A stretch of DNA of 30,104 nt, taken from positions 1-30,104 of IMG/VR virus record IMGVR_UViG_3300037048_000168; one strand, given 5' to 3'. The translations under genes were made by a program, and so were the position numbers. Below the pieces are notes generated by a model, which saw only the letters and a list, made by a program, of their open reading frames with translations, had not been told where the DNA came from and did not search any database. This DNA comes from a virus (lineage: Duplodnaviria > Caudoviricetes). Of the stretch, positions 27,701 through 30,104 are shown in pieces; within the stretch, counting starts at the first letter, position 1; every line of letters starts with the position of its first letter.

Positions 27701-28135
27701 ACCGAGGGGGCCACCACCTTTAAAGGCCAGCCGATCTTCACGGACCAGGGGGAGCCTCTGGTATTGGACATGGGCGAAGCGATCCGGAAGGCGGCGGGAT
27801 TTCAGCCCATCCGCCTGGCGGAGCATCAGCGCAAGGCGAGCTTCGCCCGGGAGATGGAAAAGGACCGGCGGGACAAGGCCCAGGGGTTTGCCGGGGATCT
27901 GGCCAGGGCGATCCGGGCCGGGGATGATGCGGGGTTTAACCGCACCGTCGAGGCCTTGACCGCCTATAACAATGAGATGCAGAAGGCCGGACGCCTGGCG
28001 GATATCATTGACCCCAAGTCGGTGGAGCAGGCGGTTCGGAGCCGGTTTAAATCGAAGTACCCGGACGTGTCCCAGAAAAAGATGATGCTGCGCCGACCAC
28101 AGCCGGAGACGGAAGAACAGGAAGATCAGGAATAA
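21737..28135 (+). CDS. Large polyvalent ejection protein: lysozyme-like, ParB-like and PLxRFG-type domains
   Basis: RTNNNPLNL...FAPRHEN near the N-terminus; LFVVNGHQR; YIPHSRFGEYF; 2132 aa in the gp16 position. Confidence 0.8.
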   Translation: MVFDPSDYRPLDVEEMAAISGVSSPDEGDIQFSGTTGRSRTNNNPLNLEYRPGSYQDKYGAELEPQPRAGSRRRFAKFRSMQDGYNAGLDQIRLDQSSKRNHTLASFVEKFAPRHENPTDELIATYAKQVGARPDTPLSEIAPEKLIVPMLARESSTRIKRGGGVLGFLSEVLGPASAEAAEGPAVRPGFNPADYSVRPDFNPSDYSVQGAQAGTPAPLTRKEPGIYEEKRTLIESVKDYLGYRDLPAFLPAFNQETGLWQALDIYEARKLYHGWEEPTELERVLYRWVVTTTTLGAADWIAKDLTAPVPGPKTAVGAFASGALDFASFMVFPFKMAEGLLGTRLAPTRSGLRGLAQVMGQGGATLGLASAISGLLPSLAHNDRVSDAGLEFVKGTASGATIGALFPVAGLVPTKTLRMAVGLAGLDFVKTRFHEAPDKGLFTLDDVYRGVRDGTIDRTVLAQKTFDYLLDLYFLAKVPSMKQQLAGLKMNALMEEAGRVNPQEAEDALVEIGKSGVLQEQGSGVRGQGSGKEGVQAQEGPQAGTPAPLEDLGTPVKKPEPVAWKKPWELSGEEYGARVRALSSEDRPEPTPEKVAKLREADVRQALKRGEPVPPEVLADFPEMAGRVGKELPAAGGLEVKNIPTAAVKADPERFQYKLGADETTGAGLALGDVKTWDEGLSGVLTLWRSPEGELFVVNGHQRLALAQRTGTESVRAQVLDASGWSDVQARAYGARINIAEGRGTEIDAAKFMRDMGISPSDLAAQGVSLVEGKTRRAVALAQLSDPLFHFTATGDIPVRRAAIIGEELYGNHPAQDALFKTIRSLEKAGKVISDGKLRELILLGKAAGVVPGKQKNLFGETEIKKSLMLEVADLLENAKTQLRRDKNIFGMVDKESARLSRGKNIIDPETNKAISEEAAQAIDALNRFAYMGDSATRKIIDSFARKLSTSKKKSAIREESYEAIKTAISEDRTKFGLDAGTRPGAGGKEPAAGVRSLFGVEPGAATAAAGEVQAPPVTSALPPGVKEFQGKFGTARGEKPDVGISAPEAPDYAYIDKGDMVRDARNPEAFGAVVRESARGDQKGFIVERDGKDYFIPREEARLMGLEELEGTPAPPGKMYGGGPGLEEIQAYGKQLLALGNKMIDWVDARLDKNLPPELQNKDAGKIVGSLLLKFQQFEDIARTYPEAQATFEAARAGLALKTRHAAEFYSLTTPYLSRLKPGERARVDKALVDLDIINDPAMGENFRLGNDIDRWQSYLLNPREDIRDKGVAFYMGRGLNAVEAEGAFGVRMSLDYAKALHLDWHTRSFQEWLQSHGFDHGRIKDIMDWVLNTEMKPDEIAKAFFGAEPGKNVGHILENFRRSMSYWLKETHQYIPHSRFGEYFIRVIDTNQAAKAKEAYKKTLEAIGRRYPKDKVEVEALMQQASLEFMEGESPSPQPSPGRGEGARLSKADQLRAKARDKYQADMKATVIHAAAAESKAQYHDKRAALEAEFPAEAGYVIKQSLNKQLPMEIFSETHIPRVWRIVSEAAATGKMPEGSKEAMIEAWQDFLAAKGFGAHFIKRSNTPGYETDLKRPLTGYLAGLAGYIGKMEKIRGFSEAFQEVPKEMPNLLRHLNEYGNYVLSNPYEYEGIRNVIYNWTLGGNFSFHFINALQNMSTGWAVLGTAGPGPVKHLAGANKDWGRYMLTGEGLRPGEEALLHRARFEPELAPSGVAELSGQAYNPLYRWLHNDPTSLSAKAMDVFKGFWSGAFVEQLNRETFFLAALRTTGDYDQSVALVRQAHFLYGKETRPSVARGAGSIPAIFLTYTTNYFTLLKNFSKAALGVNPEIYGTQAQGAKGLARMFAGAMISGGLTASFIGPILKTAWEQVFGSNLEEDAKDFLQHTVGVSKGTAEFTERLFDRGLPAAALGIDIGSRIAPNLPMQRQLSEDLTWQNLVAGALGAGSIPLQVAFGVGKALHQGEPGKALEAGAPVSVGNVLKALRLGTEGATTFKGQPIFTDQGEPLVLDMGEAIRKAAGFQPIRLAEHQRKASFAREMEKDRRDKAQGFAGDLARAIRAGDDAGFNRTVEALTAYNNEMQKAGRLADIIDPKSVEQAVRSRFKSKYPDVSQKKMMLRRPQPETEEQEDQE
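23297..23329 (+). repeat. Heptamer tandem repeat (CAGGGGT) x4.7
   Basis: CAGGGGT x4 plus CAGGG inside the large ejection protein gene. Confidence 0.9.
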
Positions 28136-28149
28136 AAGGAGCCGGAGCG

Positions 28150-30104
28150 ATGAAAAGCTGGAGAAGATCCGCAGGCTGGAAAGCCTGCGCCACTTTGATC
28201 ATGGTTTTGATGGCCATCATCTGGTTAGTATCCGCCGCCGGAGCCACGGTGAGCAGTTCCGGCAACAAATGGATCTACACCGCCGACGGCGTCCAGAAGA
28301 TTTTCCCCTATGTAAACCGGATTTACACCGCCACGGATCTCAAGGTCTATTTGCGGGATACCAACGGTTTGGAAACTCTTCAGATCAAGGATGTGGATTA
28401 CACCGTGTCCGGGGTCCTGAATGCCACCGGGGGCAACGTCACCTTCGGGACGGAGCCGCCGTCGGGTAATCAGGTCATCGTCAAGATTGAATTGCCGCTG
28501 ACTCAAGATCTGGCCTTGCCGGAATATGGACGCCTGCCCTCGGTCCCCATGGAAATCTCCCTGGACCGTCAGGTCAAGCTTACCCAGCAGATCCAAGAGC
28601 AGTTAGACCGGTCCTTGCATTTTTCTCTGGGAAGCGCCGCCAGCGGTTTGATGCCGGAAAACCGCACCGGGTTCCCTTTATATCTCCGGTTAAATGCCGC
28701 CGGGACCGCCATTGAAGGGGCGGCGGCGCTCCCGACGACTGCCTTCAATCTTAGTTGGATAGATGTTAAAACCTATGGGGCGCTCTTTGACGGGGCGGCT
28801 TTAGCCGCGGCCATCGCCGCCAACCCCGGCGGCGGGACTCTTTACTTCGGCGCCCCCTGCACCGTGACTGCCCCGGTAACCATACCGGCAGGTTTCGCCA
28901 TTGCCGACGGTCCTTACAAAATTTTTAACTGCACCGGTACGGGAACGGTGGTCTTCGGCGACAGAGTACCGGTAGTCTTTCCCCAATGGTTCGGAGCGGT
29001 GGGTGACAATTCCACCGATGACTCTGCGGCTATCAACCTGGCGGCGGCCGCTGCCCGGGGGTCGGCGTGTAAGAGGCTGGCGCTGCCGGCCTGTATTGGC
29101 CACAAGGTGGCCTCGCAACTCGATTTTCAGCAATTGCATGTCGAAGGTAAGGCGGCGATCACTAGTTCTTACGATGGTCATGCAGTATTGATCGGGAACG
29201 GCGCCAGGCTGGATATTGAACTTTCAGTTGACCGCAGCCCCGCCATCAGAACTGCCGGCACCAGTGGCATCTGGGTGTCGCAGTTGAATTATTCCAACCT
29301 GACCCTGGCTTCAAGTCATAGCTACATCGGCATAAAGTTCGAGGCCGGTACGGGCGGCATGGCTTACAACACCATTACATTGAAGAATTTACATTACAAC
29401 AATATCGGCCTGATGGTGCATGTCCCCGCCGGGGTGGCTGGGTGGGCTAACGAAAATCTGGTTATCGGGGGTAGTTTTGGGGGGGCGGTAACCGGTGGCC
29501 TAAGCGCGGTTACTCTTCTCGGAGAAGGAACCAACTCGATTGACAAATGGTCCTTCTTAAAGCCGAGCTTTGAGATTTCGGAAGGGACCGCCGCCGCCGT
29601 TTTTACCAATGCTCAAAATTGTCATTTTCACGACGTGCGTTATGAGTGCGGCACTGCTGTTCCTGTAGCTCTATTCAACGACCGTAGTTATGGGAATGTT
29701 ATATCATTAGGCTCTGTTGCTCATACCCCCTATACCTGGGACGTGCAGGCTTACGGTCCAGGTTTATACGGGACGATGGATAACGATGTGCGTATGAGCG
29801 GCGATTACAGTCTGCACCGTTTAACAGATGCAGCCAGCTTTAACAGCGCCTACCACGACGGTACTTATCTCCACGTGCCTGGGTTTCAACTCATTGATCC
29901 TCCTTCCGGTGTGGTGTCCCGCAAACTCAATACCACTAATCTAAAGCTGATTGACGGCCACGGCGGGCCGGCCTTGTTAGGCACAGGTGACTCTTATGTT
30001 AATGTAGGTATCACAGTGAATTTCTACGATGATATGCCCAATAATACTTCTTATGCTAAGAAGTTATACATCAAAAACCGCCTCTTGGATAAGAACCAGG
30101 AGGC
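28150..30104 (+). CDS. Tail fibre/tailspike with T7 gp17-like N-terminal anchor and predicted signal peptide (3' truncated)
   Basis: Translated by hand, open to the window end: MKSWRR...LVSAAGA-TVSSSGNKWIYTADGVQKIFPY...DYTVSG...LDRQVKLTQQ, then a beta-helix. Absent from the ORF track because there is no stop. Confidence 0.92.
   Translation, partial: MKSWRRSAGWKACATLIMVLMAIIWLVSAAGATVSSSGNKWIYTADGVQKIFPYVNRIYTATDLKVYLRDTNGLETLQIKDVDYTVSGVLNATGGNVTFGTEPPSGNQVIVKIELPLTQDLALPEYGRLPSVPMEISLDRQVKLTQQIQEQLDRSLHFSLGSAASGLMPENRTGFPLYLRLNAAGTAIEGAAALPTTAFNLSWIDVKTYGALFDGAALAAAIAANPGGGTLYFGAPCTVTAPVTIPAGFAIADGPYKIFNCTGTGTVVFGDRVPVVFPQWFGAVGDNSTDDSAAINLAAAAARGSACKRLALPACIGHKVASQLDFQQLHVEGKAAITSSYDGHAVLIGNGARLDIELSVDRSPAIRTAGTSGIWVSQLNYSNLTLASSHSYIGIKFEAGTGGMAYNTITLKNLHYNNIGLMVHVPAGVAGWANENLVIGGSFGGAVTGGLSAVTLLGEGTNSIDKWSFLKPSFEISEGTAAAVFTNAQNCHFHDVRYECGTAVPVALFNDRSYGNVISLGSVAHTPYTWDVQAYGPGLYGTMDNDVRMSGDYSLHRLTDAASFNSAYHDGTYLHVPGFQLIDPPSGVVSRKLNTTNLKLIDGHGGPALLGTGDSYVNVGITVNFYDDMPNNTSYAKKLYIKNRLLDKNQE
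28929..30102 (+). repeat. Long imperfect direct repeat, copy 2 (tailspike body)
   Basis: Aligns with 8162-9326; similarity runs to the window end. Confidence 0.95.

Larger units (their letters stand above)
143..28194 (+). repeat. Dispersed REP-like hairpin family GCAGGCG-GGGA-CGCCTGC-RCCAC (span of about 11-12 copies)
   Basis: Copies at about 143-172, 3141-3171, 3615-3637, 4971-5001, 14681-14700, 15160-15184, 21605-21622, 22362-22392, 23352-23382, 25069-25085 (half) and 28164-28194; 15771-15790 is a more distant variant. Confidence 0.85.
1..30104. mobile_element. Temperate podovirus or prophage (lambdoid-type early region plus T7/BPP-1-like virion module), partial
   Basis: Contiguous repressor/Cro switch, replication initiator, terminase, portal, scaffold, capsid, tail tubular, ejection and tail fibre genes. 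No host housekeeping genes and no att sites seen. Confidence 0.95.

Noticed and set aside
8162-30102. Diversity-generating retroelement (TR/VR pair), suggested by the BPP-1-like layout and the tail repeat
   Set aside because: The repeat is over 1.1 kb and both copies are coding. Differences are largely synonymous and not adenine-specific, and no reverse transcriptase is in the window. One could still lie beyond the right edge.
8162-30102. Invertible tail fibre switch (Gin/Cin-like shufflon)
   Set aside because: The copies are direct, not inverted, and no recombinase or short crossover sites are seen.
1-30104. tRNA/rRNA genes, integrase, att sites, lysis cassette
   Set aside because: None recognisable in this window; probably outside it.

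Overview
The window is a large part of a GC-rich temperate podovirus or prophage, with no host genes recognised. Positions 1-5300 hold a lambdoid-style early region: small leftward genes, a divergent promoter pair with ATACG-N4-CGTAT operators around a CI-like repressor and a Cro-like gene, a CII-like gene, a cold-shock protein, a replication initiator with four 33-bp repeats, and a Xis-like HTH gene. From 5390 onward is a + strand late operon: terminase small subunit, PBSX-type large subunit, two inserted genes, a degenerate terminase-nuclease-like gene, then a T7/BPP-1-like virion block (portal, scaffold, capsid, decoration proteins, tail tubular A and B, GNAT, ejection proteins including a 2132-aa polyvalent protein). 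A tail fibre runs off the right end. Most notable: (1) three virion-type proteins, including both tailspike paralogues, begin with Sec-type signal peptides; (2) the tailspike body is duplicated 20.8 kb apart behind different N-terminal modules; (3) a structured capsid leader has three copies of one 4x1 internal loop and a competing hairpin over the RBS; (4) about a dozen co-oriented REP-like hairpins occur, many in frame inside genes. No integrase, lysis cassette, reverse transcriptase or CRISPR array is visible. All family assignments come from motif recognition and gene order, not from database searches.
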